Positions 26,201 to 38,250 of a DNA stretch of 64,000 bases are shown piece after piece (the first letter of the stretch is position 1; each line of letters begins with the position of its first letter). The translations under genes and the position numbers were made by a program. The notes beneath the pieces are model-generated. The model was not told the DNA's origin, ran no database searches, and saw nothing but the letters and a program-made list of their open reading frames with translations. Origin of the DNA: Eutreptiella sp. 'Long Island Sound 2002' (taxonomy: Eukaryota; Protista; Euglenida); assembly GCA_964036045.1 (NCBI GenBank), contig OZ038379.1, positions 76,074,001 through 76,138,000 on the forward strand, in the 5' to 3' direction.

Positions 26201-29200
26201 GCATCCTATGTAGATGTGGCTGGTCGTGGTCCAGGTGACACCGGGTTCCTACCACCATGTGCCGGGGGCAGGGCTCAGCCACTCCGTCACGGGGAATATG
26301 ACAGTGCTTACCGTGATGCCAATGGGCGCAAGCCTGGGGAAACAGGATTCATTCCACCTTTGGAGGCGGCCAATGGGCGCACTGCTCAGGATATGGCCCG
26401 GAGGTATCCTGAAGGGTACGACGCACGGTATGTGGATGCTGAGGGTCGCACAGTAGCTGATGATTCCTTCTGTCCACCTGTCATTGAAACACCTGGTGCA
26501 GTGAAAAGGCCTCAGGCAGGGCAGGCTGGCAAGGAAGTGCCAAAAGAGTTGGCAGTGAAGTTGATGGGGGCCACAAGTTTGTCTGACGGTGATGCTGAGC
26601 TGGAGCCGATTATCGTATTCCATTGCGGAGGAGAGGTTGGCAAAAGTAAGGTCAGCGAGTCAGGTGCAAAGCCCGAGTTCAAGTTCTCTGTGGGTGATTT
26701 GCCTGATGAGTCGGTGGAGGTGGTTCTCCTGCATCCTGTCACTCGCGAGGCTATGGGAGAAGCCAGGATCCCGCTGTCCGAATTGCAGCAGGGCAGGAAG
26801 GAAGTTGCCGTACCACTGTATAGGCGAGACAAGAAGACTGGGAAATGGAAGCTGTTGCCTTCAGGAAGTGCCTTGAAACTGCAGCTTGAGCCCCAAGGAT
26901 TCGGTCAACCCAGTGGCAAGCGGCTTCATGTGGAAATGCTAACAGCAATGCTCTCAGCCTCAGTGGAGGTCATGCCGATGTACATCACAGCAGTTCTTGG
27001 GAACAATGCACAGAAAACGTCATTGCAGCCACCCTCCCGAGCCCCCAAATTCAATGAATCATTTGAGTTTGCTGTCACTGATGAGGAGAATGAAACACTC
27101 AATGTCACACTGCTTGGAGAGAACGGGCAGATGCTTGGGATGTATCGCCTGAAGATCAACTCTTTGGAAGAAGGAGAGCGGCAGGAGATCACGCCAAAAC
27201 TGTACAACAAGAATGCAGCGGGCCAGTGGGTTGTCCCAGACATTCCAAGTAGTGTATCTTTGGCTGTTACCAGCCAGGGCTTTGGCAAAGCCCCTAAGCA
27301 GGGGGAGGTTGCAAGTACCATCATCCGATCCTACGTTCCCCAAGCTGCAGGCTTCTCACCGCAAGCGACACAACAGATCTCAATGATCAAGTTGGATGAT
27401 CTGACCTCCAAAAGCCATTCCGGATCTGAGGTCTCTTCACACATCCCGGACATCCACCCGGCCATGTCAGAAGGCTCTGCGTCTCACACTGAAAGCCGTA
27501 ATAATAGGCCTCTGCTGGGGACAGATATGAGTTCTGCAACCACAACAAGTACAGGTGCACCAAGTGTCGTTGGTCCGGATGGGACGTATGGCCGTGAGTA
27601 TCGAGATGTCAACAACCGCAAGCCCGGGGATGCGGGGTTCATCCCCCCGATCACAGGGATTCAGGATGCTGCCAAACGTGCAACGAAAGCTGCAGGTCTT
27701 CCAGAAGGTTTTGATGCTGAGTATCGTGATGCCAATGGCCACGGGCCCCAAGAACCCGGCTTCGTGCCACCATGCTACACAGCATCCTATGTAGATGTGG
27801 CTGGTCGTGGTCCAGGTGACACCGGGTTCCTACCACCATGTGCCGGGGGCAGGGCTCAGCCACTCCGTCACGGGGAATACGACAGTGCTTACCGTGATGC
27901 CAATGGGCGCAAGCCTGGGGAAACAGGATTCATTCCACCTTTGGAGGCGGCCAATGGGCGCACTGCTCAGGATATGGCCCGGAGGTATCCTGAAGGGTAC
28001 GACGCATGGTATGTGGATGCTGAGGGTCGCACAGTAGCTGATGATTCCTTCTGTCCACCTGTCATTGAAACACCTGGTGCAGTGAAAAGGCCTCAGGCAG
28101 GGCAGGCTGGAAAGAAGGTCTCAGTGAAAGTAATTGGAGCTCCGAGTTTGTGTGACGGTGATGCTGAGCTGGAGCCGATTATCGTATTCCGTTGCGGAGG
28201 AGAGGTTGGCAAAAGTAAGGTCAGCGAGTCAGGTGCAAAGCCCGAGTTCAAGTTCTCTGTGGGTGATTTGCCTGATGAGTCGGTGGAGGTGGTTCTTCTG
28301 CATCCTGTCACTCGCGAGGCTATGGGAGAAGCCAGGATCCCGCTGTCCGAATTGCAGCAGGGCAGGAGCGAAGTTTCTGTCCCGCTGTTTACCAAAGATG
28401 CTCAAACAGGGGTTTGGAAGCGGCTGCCCTCAGGCAAGTCCCTGAGGCTACAGCTTGAGCCCCAAGGATTCGGTCAACCCAGTGGCAAGCGGCTTCACGT
28501 GGAAATACAGAGGGCAATGCTGGCAGCGCCATTGGAGGTCATGCCGATGTACATCAAAGCCACACTCGGGAATCAGGTTCAGAAGACGGCAGTGCAGCCA
28601 GGCTCCCGAGCCCCCAAATTCAATGAATCATTTGAGTTTGCTGTCACTGATGAGGAGAATGAAACACTCAATGTCACACTGCTTGGAGAGAACGGGCAGA
28701 TGCTTGGGATGTATCGCCTGAAGATCAACTCTTTGGAAGAAGGAGAGCGGCAGGAGATCACATCAAAACTGTACAACAAGAATGCAGCGGGCCAGTGGGT
28801 TGTCCCAGACATTCCAAGCCGTGTCTCTCTCGCCTTCACAAGCCAGGGCTTTGGCAAAGCCCCTAAACCAGGATCCGAAGTGCTGCAGACCACCCAAACT
28901 GTACCTCGATCCTACTCTCCACAGGGTGCAGGCTTCTCATCAGATGCGGTCCGCAATGTTTCTATTGTCATATTGACGGATCCGATGCCCCCTCCCACAA
29001 GTCAAGAGATTCAGCAACAAGCAGGTCATACTGCAGGCACCACTACAGCATCCACTACTACTACCAGCACCAGGTTCCACAGTGGCACCAGGTATGACAA
29101 TGACCTGCAGCAGCCCATACCCAATTTGACGCTCACGCAGCCCAGTGTACCTGGTGGGACAACAGGTGAGACATACCACACCGTAGAATGTACTTACGGC

Positions 29201-30067
29201 CCCAACTACGTTAATGCTAATGGCCGCAATCCTGGGGATGTTGGATTCATTCCCCCTTTTGGCAACCTGCAGGACCCAAGTCGGCAGGCTGTGAAGGCGG
29301 CAGGGCTTCCTGAAGGGTTTGACGCTGATTACCGGGACTCCAAGGGCCGCAGTCCACACGACGCTGGCTTTGAACCCCCATGCTATACATCCTCGAACCA
29401 AGACGCTGCCAGCCGACATCCTGGTGACGCTGGCTTCTTGTCTCCTACCCCTGACTCCAGCCAAGCGCAGCCTCTGAAGCAAGGGCAGTATGACAGCAGT
29501 TACCGCGACGCCAATTTCCGCAAGCCTGGTGAGAAGGGCTTCATTCTGCCTCTAGAGGCAGCCGCGGGGCGGACCGTGGCAGAGATGACAAAGAAGTATC
29601 CTGATGGGTATGACGAGCACTACATGGATTCCAAGGGTTTGACTCAGTCCCATCCAAGATTCACGCCATCCTCAATCTTTGGGACTCCAGAGAAGCCAAA
29701 GATTTACACGGGTAAGCGCCTCCATGTGGACATATTGAAGGCTACCATCCCCGACGTCGCGCATACCACATACATGAACGTTGAGGTGGGTAAGCAGCTA
29801 CAGAGTACTGCAGTGCAGCCCGCCTCTTCCAATCCCACCTTCTCAGAGAGCTTCGAGTTTGTGGTCAGCGACGAGGAGGTGGAGACACTAAACCTCACAC
29901 TGTGCAATGATCAGCACAACGTGCTGGGGATGTACCGTCTGAAGATCAACTCGCTTGAGGAGGGTGTGCGGCAGGAAGTCACCCCAAAGCTATTCAAGAA
30001 GAGTGCCAGTGGGCAGTGGGTTGTGCCAGACAGCCCCACACGGCTGACCATTGGTGTCACTAGCCAG
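20234..30067 (+). CDS. Exon B of giant protein (9,834 bp, 3,278 codons)
   Basis: Continues the split C2 domain; has 20 core repeats, ~7.5 C2-like domains and a ~1,250-aa S/E-rich region. Ends at TSQ cag|gtttgt where sibling domains continue SQGFG. Confidence 0.9.
26014..28866 (+). repeat. Intragenic duplication: 26014-27297 and 27595-28866 (offset 1,581 bp; 12 bp shorter in copy 2)
   Basis: Each copy holds five core repeats and two C2 domains, with alternating near-identical and diverged blocks. Confidence 0.95.
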
Positions 30068-31469
30068 GTTTGTCAGGGGCAACACATTGGCAATGGGGGA
30101 CCAATATGTGTGTAGTCCTGTCCGAAGGATTTTCAACTGACAGTTGTTTCAAATGGTCTCCACAAACTGTGGCCCCTGCTCCTCATCCAGGGCCAGGGGG
30201 TGGCACTGTGGTGATGCTGTGGTGGCCCATTCAGTGCCAGTTCTTGTATGCATGTGGATATCCCTTTCACATCAGTTCGGGAAGACGTGCTGAGGTCCAT
30301 TTTGATTTTGTTGTGTTTGAGTTTTGCCTACCGGGGTCTTCTCAGGGCTTGTTTTTCTCCTGTAGAACATTCCCAAGGATGCCAAAACTTTTCTCCAGCC
30401 CATCTTTGAAAGTTGTAACGCTCCTTATAGCTCTCCAATAGTCATGAATGAGATATTATGTGCACATCTGTCAAACGGCTAAATCGTGCCAACCCACATG
30501 TTGGAGACACAATTCGTTTTGGGTGTCTTCAAGTGTTAATGCGTTCATCCTCTCATGCGTTGCTTGTCGGCCCCATGCACTGAGATAAGTGATTCTCATA
30601 GTGACAATAACAACCATTTTTGGTTTTAGTGTCACAAGCTGAGCATTCAGGTGCATGTTCCTAGTCAATTACTTCATCTGGATTAAACTCTGTGTTCCAC
30701 GTATTTGTGCAACATCCAAACATTGATAGCAAGTGATAGACTCACCGTTGCATTGAGGCCCCGCATTTCTCTCCTTCACAGGTTAGGGTTTGGTTTGTCC
30801 CTTCAATTTCCCCCCTCCCTTCTCCCTAGCTCATTCTCTTCGTTCCATGTTTCTAGATTTCTCATCATACACATCTAGCAATGTGTTCATTTAGGATGCT
30901 TCGTAGTTCCCAAAAATCGGCACACTTGGGGGGGGGGGGGGGGAGGCTTGTAGCTGCGGTGTTAAAGCTTGATTCACCGGAATGCTTTCTCTGTGATATT
31001 CCAATCCCTAAATCCTGTGACAATCCTATAACAATTGGTATAAACTGTTATTGTATGGCTTTTGCAGCAGTCCCAGTGTTGTCTAGTTGGCATGTCTGTG
31101 ATGGTCGGTGATCCTTGACACACTCCAACAGCTATGGTGCTATGTTGTCTCGGAATGATAGCTCTGGTTTTCACCCTCTTGGGTGAAGGCCTCTGTGGTT
31201 CCCAAAATGTTTCAGCGTTGGTGAGTGGTGTTGCTTTGATATTGGTGAGTAAATGGCCTGGTTTTCCATTCGCAGACTAAGGGAAAGGTGTTATGTTCTG
31301 TGGGTTGTTGAGAGTGGGTTGGTGAGAAATTGTGGAAAAAGTAGGGGGAAACCAAGAAAAACTAGGAAAAGGCAAGATTACCTTGGAAAAACATGTTCAG
31401 GTGGGAAGGAACTCAAGCGGCAATTGAAACATCGGAAAATTATGGAGTTACATAGAAAAAAGGATGGGC

Positions 31470-33200
31470 ATTGGGTTTAGGTCTAGTTACCGACTGGGTT
31501 TGGTCTATGAAGGTTTTACAACCCTTTTTAGGGTCCAGGGTGAGCAACACATTTTAGCAGCAGCAGAGCAACAGGCGGTTACAAAATCCTTTTTGGGACA
31601 CCGTGGCTCAACAACCGGCATTTAGGTAGCTCAAAACAACCGTTGAGCAAATGTGCATCACTTGCCACAAGTTTTCAGCCGCCCAGCCCGCTTTATGGCC
31701 AATTTAGTGTCCAAAATGGATATTTTTAGGCTATTTTCAGGACGATTGCCAGTGCGGCAAGCAGGCGTCTCCAACGAGGGCCGTTCTTCTTCCATAGCGT
31801 TTGGGCAATGAAATGATTGCGAAGGGGTGTTGAAAGAGGCATCTCCCACACCGTGGTGCCACGCGGTGGCCCATTTTGAGTTGAAAATGAGCCGTTTTGG
31901 AGTTCGTTTTCAACACCATCATCCTCAATGTTTAGAGTATTGCCAAGGTGTCAAGCGGGTGTCCGGCATTGAACTATCCGTGGCTCAACACCGGCATCTA
32001 GGTAGCTCAAAACGACCGCACATCAAATGCAACAAGTTTTGTGCCATTTTGAGCCGCCCGGCCCGCTTTTTGGCCAATTTGGTGTCCAAAAATGGCCGTT
32101 TTTGGGCTGTTTTTGGGACGGGTGTCTTACAGTTTCGGGCGATTACCCGTGTGTCAAGCAGGTGTCTCCAACAAGGGCCGTTCTTCTTCCAAAGCGATTG
32201 AGCAATGAAGTGATTGCAAAGAGGTGATGAAAGAGGTGTCTCCCACCCCGGGGGGGCGGCCGGGCCCGGTCCTTGTATGCGACACCCCCCGCCCCCCCCC
32301 GAGTTTTGAAAGATAGTGGTGTGGGGGCCATGGCACCAACGGCGCCAAATTTTTTGTCCCATACTTAGTTGAGAAGGGTACCATGCCTTTAGTCTTTAAG
32401 ACCCTTAAGACTTTTTTCCTGGCAAAGACAAGATACCGCTATTATCGCATACATACCTCTTCATTGGAGACGCTTGCTTGACACACTGGCGATCGTCCTG
32501 AACTTTTAGCACGAGCGTCCTGAAAACATCCATTTTTGGGCACCAAATTGGCCCTAAACCAGGCTAGGCGGTGCAAAATGGCACATAACTTATTGCACAT
32601 GATGCACCTTTGCTCCGCGGTAGTTTTGAGCTACCTAGATGCCGGTTTTGAGCCACAATGTCCCCCAAAAATAGTGTCCCAAAAGACTTTCGGTCATGCA
32701 ACAATTGAACAATCTCAAGCGACCTAAGGGCAATCACTGTCCAAAGCGCCCCGAGCCGAAGTCCAAGGAACCGAATGAATAATAGATGTACGCAATGAGG
32801 CAGTCATCAAAGCCCGACTGGCTTATAATCGCCTCCTTGCGGCTGCTGTTGTTGCTTGCTCAAAAACGGCTCATTTTTGCCTCATAATGGACCACTGCGT
32901 GGCACCACAGTGTGGGAGACGGGGGGGGGGGGCGACTGCAACTGGTCCTGATGCGACCCCCCCCAACCTCTCTCAAAACTTGCCGGGGGGGGGGGGGGGG
33001 GGGGGCAACCCACTACCATCACATGCATACACCTCAAGGGGGTGTCTGGGGCATTTTCTTCCACAGCGATTGAGTTCACAAATGATTGCAAATGGGTGTT
33101 CACTCCGGCATCTCCCACGTTGTGGTGCCATGCGGTGGTCCATTTTGAGGTGAAAATCAGCCATTTTTGAACCTTTTTGCAAGATGATTGTCGTGAATGT
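31470..33200. repeat. Dispersed/foldback repeat family with internal direct and inverted copies
   Basis: ggcat(t/c)taggtagctcaaaac at ~31617 and ~31993, with an inverted copy at ~32625-32650; gcatctcccac...gtggtgcca.gcggtgg.ccattttgag at ~31840 and ~33108. Confidence 0.6.
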
Positions 33201-33290
33201 GCAGGACCATATCCAATGCAACCCGTTTTTCTTCCACAGCCGTTTCCCATGCGTTTGGCAAGACCAGGACCCAGCTTGGTCCTAGTCGTA

Positions 33291-34045
33291 CACCCCCCCC
33301 CCCCCCTGTATAAGCTACGCCCTTCTCCAAGCTACAGTAGGCGTAGGGACCGTAGCAATTTGGTACCTAATTTTAATTCGGTACCAAACGTAGTGCAACC
33401 ACATAAGACATGGGTTTCACGAATTTGCCAGTCACATAGAGTCATGGACACATTTGTTGTGAGTGTTTGCCCACTTGAAACCACCCCATTTCTGAGTCCT
33501 CTTCTTCAAGTGATGATTCTAGTGACTCTGATGATGCTCCCACTGAATTTGTTTGGGCTAAGGCTGCCCGAGGTGTGTGGGGGAATGGCCCTTGTCTTTG
33601 ATGGGAAGTTGTATTTTACAAGAGACCACATGCAAGGCAATTTTCATTCCCAAAAACTTGAAGTTGCCTCAGCCCAATCCAGCCCCTAAACCTCAGGCAA
33701 AGGCATCTTCAAAGGCATGTTCAAGTGATGAGCATGTGCAGTTGTTCCGCATGGTGTATGATCGCAAGAAGGGTTTCCAAGCCGAACATTTGTAGGCTTC
33801 TCATGCTTCATTGCTTGTGAGAATATGGGTAGGAACCTGAATTTCCATGTTTCAAACACTTTCTAGTGTTTGCATGCCTTTGTGAACGTGGGTGGAGGTT
33901 GAGGTGCATTCATACTATGCGCTCACTTACGTGTGTGTCGTTAGTTGCATGTGTCGTGCGCAAGCTACGCCCGTGTCCAAGCTACAATAGGCGTAGGGAC
34001 CGTATTAATTTGGGACTTTGGCGTAGCTTATACAAGGGGGGGGGG
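33291..34045. mobile_element. MITE-like element (~755 bp) with poly-C/poly-G plus 15-bp TIR, flanked by TA
   Basis: Left Cn-tgtataagctacgcc; right ggcgtagcttataca-a-Gn; TA at 33289-90 and 34046-47. A subterminal ~45-bp direct repeat aagctacgccc..tccaagctaca.taggcgtagggaccgta occurs at ~33312 and ~33962. Confidence 0.7.
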
Positions 34046-35152
34046 TAAGTCTTGATTTAGGTCTAGGCAACCCCCCCCCCCCCTTGCTCCCCCAATTGCA
34101 TGTTTCCTTCCTTTCTTAGTTGCTCCCTTGTAAAGTGGAATAGGACTTTCTCCCATTTGCTGTACACAATGATGTTTGTTTCGTCAAGTTTAGTCTCCTA
34201 CAAGACCCGTCCAAGAAATAGTTGCTATCTTCTTCTTTGTCCAGTGCTTCGAAATTGGGCCACAATAGTAGTTTTTCTCCCTCATCTTCCATTGCCTTCT
34301 ATCCTCTTGCTTTATCCTCTCAAGCTTGTGAGTGCCGGGGCTGCCTCTTCATCTTCTTTGGCCTCCCCTACTTACCTCCTCCTCCCACTGAATTTTGTCG
34401 AGGGTAGAAGCGGCTGTGGGTGGCCTTCATTTTTTTGGCCGTGGACTTGGAGTGGAGGGAACTTTGCCATATCACTTCCTTAGGCAACCGTGTCTATACT
34501 TTTCTCAGGTTCCCCTAGTTTTTCCTGAGGTTTTCTAGTTATGCCCTGGTTTGCTTGGTTCCGGTCCAGTTTTGCCTCGTCTTCCATTGCAGCTTGTGTG
34601 ATTTTGGTTTTGCCTTGGGAAGTGATGTTGTTTTGGCATTACCAACTATGGAGGCCCATGGGTGCTTGTCGTGCATTGCATAGAACTACCTTGGCACACA
34701 TTTTCTCATGTCTTTGGGGTTCTTTTGAGTGTGGTCCTTGAATTCGTGGATGCTGGTGCCAAGGAGGTTGCTCTGCAACAAGACCCAGCTATTGGCTGGA
34801 TAAAATTGTTTCAGAAACCTTAGCTTTGTTTCAGCTTTGTTTAGGCACGGGGGGCTCGCCGGGACCGGACCCTTTACGCCGACTCCCCCCCCCCCCTCCG
34901 GGACCGGACCCTTTACGCCGACTCCCCCCCCCCCCCCCCCTCCCTGGAAATTGGCTGGAAAGTGCCGGACCATGGGCGCCAAAGGCGCCCTAAGGAAAAT
35001 TTGCTTGAACTAGTAGAGGGTGAAAAAATGGGTTTTCACCCCATGTGTCTCTACTCAAAATACTCAGTTTTTTTGAGGAGAACACAATCATGGATGAAAA
35101 CCAAATTGGACCAAATATGAATACCACCTCTGTGCAAAGGTGTGTCAGAGAT

Positions 35153-35224
35153 GGCCTATACCCTAGTGGGTAAAGCAGTGCCTCTGCAACTGAATGGTCC
35201 TGGGTTCAAACCCTAGTGGGGGCA
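35153..35224 (+). pseudogene. tRNA-Cys(GCA)-like pseudogene / SINE head
   Basis: tata.cc.agtgggtaaagca...ctgcaa...ggtcc-ctggg-ttcaaac-cctag: the T arm pairs, the A and B boxes and a CT-GCA anticodon loop are recognisable, but the acceptor and D stems are broken. Confidence 0.5.
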
Positions 35225-35297
35225 GTCTGCAGGACTAGAGCAGGCAAGATGGAGGACACCATGGGAAATTTTTTGTTTTTGTTTTTTTTGTGCTTTG

Positions 35298-35550
35298 ATT
35301 TTGTCCCCTTTGTTGGGGATCCCTAAGAAAGCAGGGGTGACGTAGCATTTCCACCCACTTGTGGGCCCCCTAGAAGGCAGGGTTTAGGCAGCGAATTCTG
35401 CTTTTGTCCCCCTTTATTTGGGGATCCCCGAGAATGCAGGGGTGATGTAGCATTTCCGCCCTTTTTTGGGCCCGCTTTGATTTGTCCCCTTTGTTGGGGA
35501 CCCCCAAGAATGCAGGGGTGATGTAGCATTTCCGCCCTCTTTTGGGCCCG
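35298..35550 (+). repeat. Three-copy ~80-100-bp minisatellite
   Basis: tttgtcccctt..t.gggga.ccc.aga..gcaggggtga.gtagcatttcc at ~35300, ~35403 and ~35481. Confidence 0.85.
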
Positions 35551-36159
35551 CTTGGGACAAGCGCTCTTAGCGCCTCTTTCATTACCTTCCTCAACTCCAC
35601 CACTCCAATCACCCATGTTTTGAGGCCCCAAGGAGGAGAACCCCATGAAGGGCACGCGGCGCGTTGGTGCACATGATGTACAACCGGTGTGCGGGCATAG
35701 TGTGTGTGCACGTTTTGGGCACATAGTGCGTGGAGAGAACTTTTTTATAGAAAACGTATTGCGCGCGTTGCAAACCCTCCCCCCCCCTCTCCTCCAAAGG
35801 GTTTCAAAACATACATCAACTCCTTCTTCACAATATGCATGGTTCAGCCTGGGTGGGGCGCCACTGGCAACAGTGGCCGGGAATTGACTCAGGGGTGGTG
35901 CTATGCCCTTAAACACAGGTACCACCTATCATGCCCCCCCCCCCCCTTTCGCATTTTTTTTGCCAACATACATTCCGCAAAAATGTCTAGCGCAATGAGG
36001 GGGTCATTTTAAGCCATATATGTTGGGGTCCGGGTGCCCCCCTCCCCTTCAGCCGGCCCCAGACCCCCCCCCCCCCCCGTCCCGAAATTGGCTGGAAAGT
36101 GGGAGGGAGTCGGCGTATGGCCTGATGGTACGCCCCCCCCCCCCCCCCGTGTGTTCATA

Positions 36160-37111
36160 AGTCGGAGCGCCGACACAAGCAACTGGCAAAGGGAAGCAAA
36201 ATCACGCTCGAAGCGCCCGAGGCAGGCAGGCTCGGGAGTGCTTCAAGGGGTACAAGACCTGATTGCAGAGTTGGTAGCGAAAGGGTACAGAATTGTATAC
36301 ACAGACGGGTCCTCAAAAAGATTGAGCCACAGAGACACGCGCAGGGCAGGTGGCTTCGGTGTACTCGCGACAGAAGATGAGCAAGGGCCGGAAGTGCGTT
36401 TCTGCGGCTACGTACCGACGCGTCACAGGCAAACAAACAACGGTGCCGAGCTCTGGGCAGCACTGGAAGCCCTACAGGGGTTTTGGGTGCCAAAATTGGC
36501 AATCCTCACCAACTCACAGTATCTGCAACTAGGGGCGACCGGCAGGGCACAGCACTGGAAAATCAAAAGGGTGGACGACAACATCCGGCAAGCTGCAAGT
36601 CCACGTGCCCGTCTTGGAAATGCTGCTCCAGGAAATGGCAAAGCCAGGAAGAGAAGTCAGGTGGGAACACGTCCCAGCACATGTTCACGTGCAGGGGAAT
36701 GAGGTGGCAAATGGATTGGCGATGGAAGGCATGTGCTCCAGTCCACTGTGGTCCCAACAGGTCACACAGCAATTGTCATTCGGATCGGAATCCACGGTGG
36801 GGTTGAGAGGAGGGTCTGGGTCCGAATCAGAGGACACCAAAGCGCTGTGGTCGTCCTTGGGCATGGTACCCATGGACAGTGATGAGCTGACAGGGGAAGC
36901 CTCCGAGGAACCAGCACCACACGAAACGGAATCATGCAAATTGTGCAGTTCGGGCAGTGAGGAAACAGGGGCAGGGTACGTGCAAGTGGGAGGATGGGAA
37001 GAAATGTCTGAAACTGAGTCACGGTCCTTCAGCATGGATGTGAGTGACACAAGGCGACAGCGTAAGAGGCGAAAGTTCAGGAAAAGCAGAAACTCTGGAC
37101 AAGGTCGCTAG
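36160..37111 (+). pseudogene. RNase HI-type domain with acidic/basic tail (frameshifted; probable 3' remnant of a retroelement)
   Basis: IVYTDGS, QTNNGAEL, ILTNSQY (D>N), HVPAH...GNEVANGLA (D>N); frameshift near 36560-36605; no RT upstream. Confidence 0.7.
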
Positions 37112-37326
37112 CAACTGTGCCCGTGAACTCCGCATCTCGACTGCAGTATCTCCACAGGTTTCATACCTGCAAATGCCTGAACGCCCGAAACCTACGTCCT
37201 GACGCAGGAGAATTTTGACGTGAACTCCGCGTTCTGTCGCGAAGCACGGCAGCAAAGAGGCTTGGCGACGGCAACGGCTGAGTACTAACACAAAATCCGC
37301 GTCCTGTCGCGGAAAAGCTCTCTGGC

Positions 37327-37957
37327 GTGATGCCGCCGAGAAAGCCATGGAAGCAGCGGGGGGCCCAACAACATCGACATGGCCCATACACACAAATCAA
37401 TCCAGCCCCCAAGAAAGCCAAGCCCCAGCAAGAACGCCAGCGTTCTGAGCCAGCTAGACGCCTTAGCGGAAGAAGGGTTGAGAGCTGTCAATGCCGAGCT
37501 GACCACTTTGGCCTGGGCCCGTAATCTGCAAATCTGGCTCCGAGTGGACCAGCCTCACACCACCAGGATGCACTGTGAAATTGTGGACAAACATGGAGAG
37601 GCACTGCTGGTGAACAACCAAGAACTCTACTCGGTGATGGTCCAAATCAACTGGACTCTGAAGACTCAGGCTCTGACGAACATGCAGGTTCAATGGCTAC
37701 CCAAGAGTGCAGGCAAGTGGCATCCATTCCAATGGGAGGCAATCCTCCACTGTCCGACGGCAGAGGGACACAGAGCGGTACCCTCCTCTGTGAGCAGAAA
37801 TGGAGACTGCCTCCATGTATGGCTGACGGGCCGAGCTGATCTCATGAGGCTGTTCCAAAAAACGCTCTTCAGGCCAACAGACCCGGTATCCGGAGACGCT
37901 GTACGGTTCCTCTACACACTGCTGAGCACACCGCCATGCGAACGGCGATATGCCTAA
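37327..37957 (+). other. Unidentified frameshifted ORF remnant (possible ORF1/gag-like)
   Basis: A basic N-terminus MPPRKPWKQ... (37327) shifts into a 192-aa ORF of ordinary globular composition (37379-37957); no motif recognised. Confidence 0.25.
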
Positions 37958-37999
37958 CAGGAGCCAGCAAGCAGGGGGGTGTAAGATGAGGCACAGACA

Positions 38000-38250
38000 C
38001 TGGAGAGAGAGGGACGGAGAGAATGGGTGGGGAGGGTGACAAGGAAGAAAAACCCCTGGGGAGGGTGAAGAGAGGGAGAAAGAGAAAGGGCGAAGAGGGA
38101 GAGAGAGGGCGAGACGCAGAGAGAGAGAGAGAGAGGGAGACACAGAGAGAGAGGGAGGGCGAGCCACAGAGAGAGAGGGAGTGGGCGAGACACAGAGAAA
38201 GAGAGCGAAGCCCACAGAGCGAAAGGCCAGAGAGAGAGAGAGAGAGACCC
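38000..38250 (+). repeat. Compound (GA)n purine-rich microsatellite
   Basis: Direct reading. Confidence 0.9.

Larger units (their letters stand above)
34860..36120. mobile_element. TIR-bounded composite repeat containing a minisatellite and a tRNA-like head
   Basis: tacgccgactccc (twice, in a tandem duplication at ~34858-34925) is inverted as gggagtcggcgta at ~36105-36117; gaaattggctggaaagtg occurs at ~34947 and ~36084. Confidence 0.5.

Noticed and set aside
35153-35224. Functional tRNA-Cys gene
   Set aside because: The acceptor and D stems do not pair; kept only as a pseudogene/SINE head.
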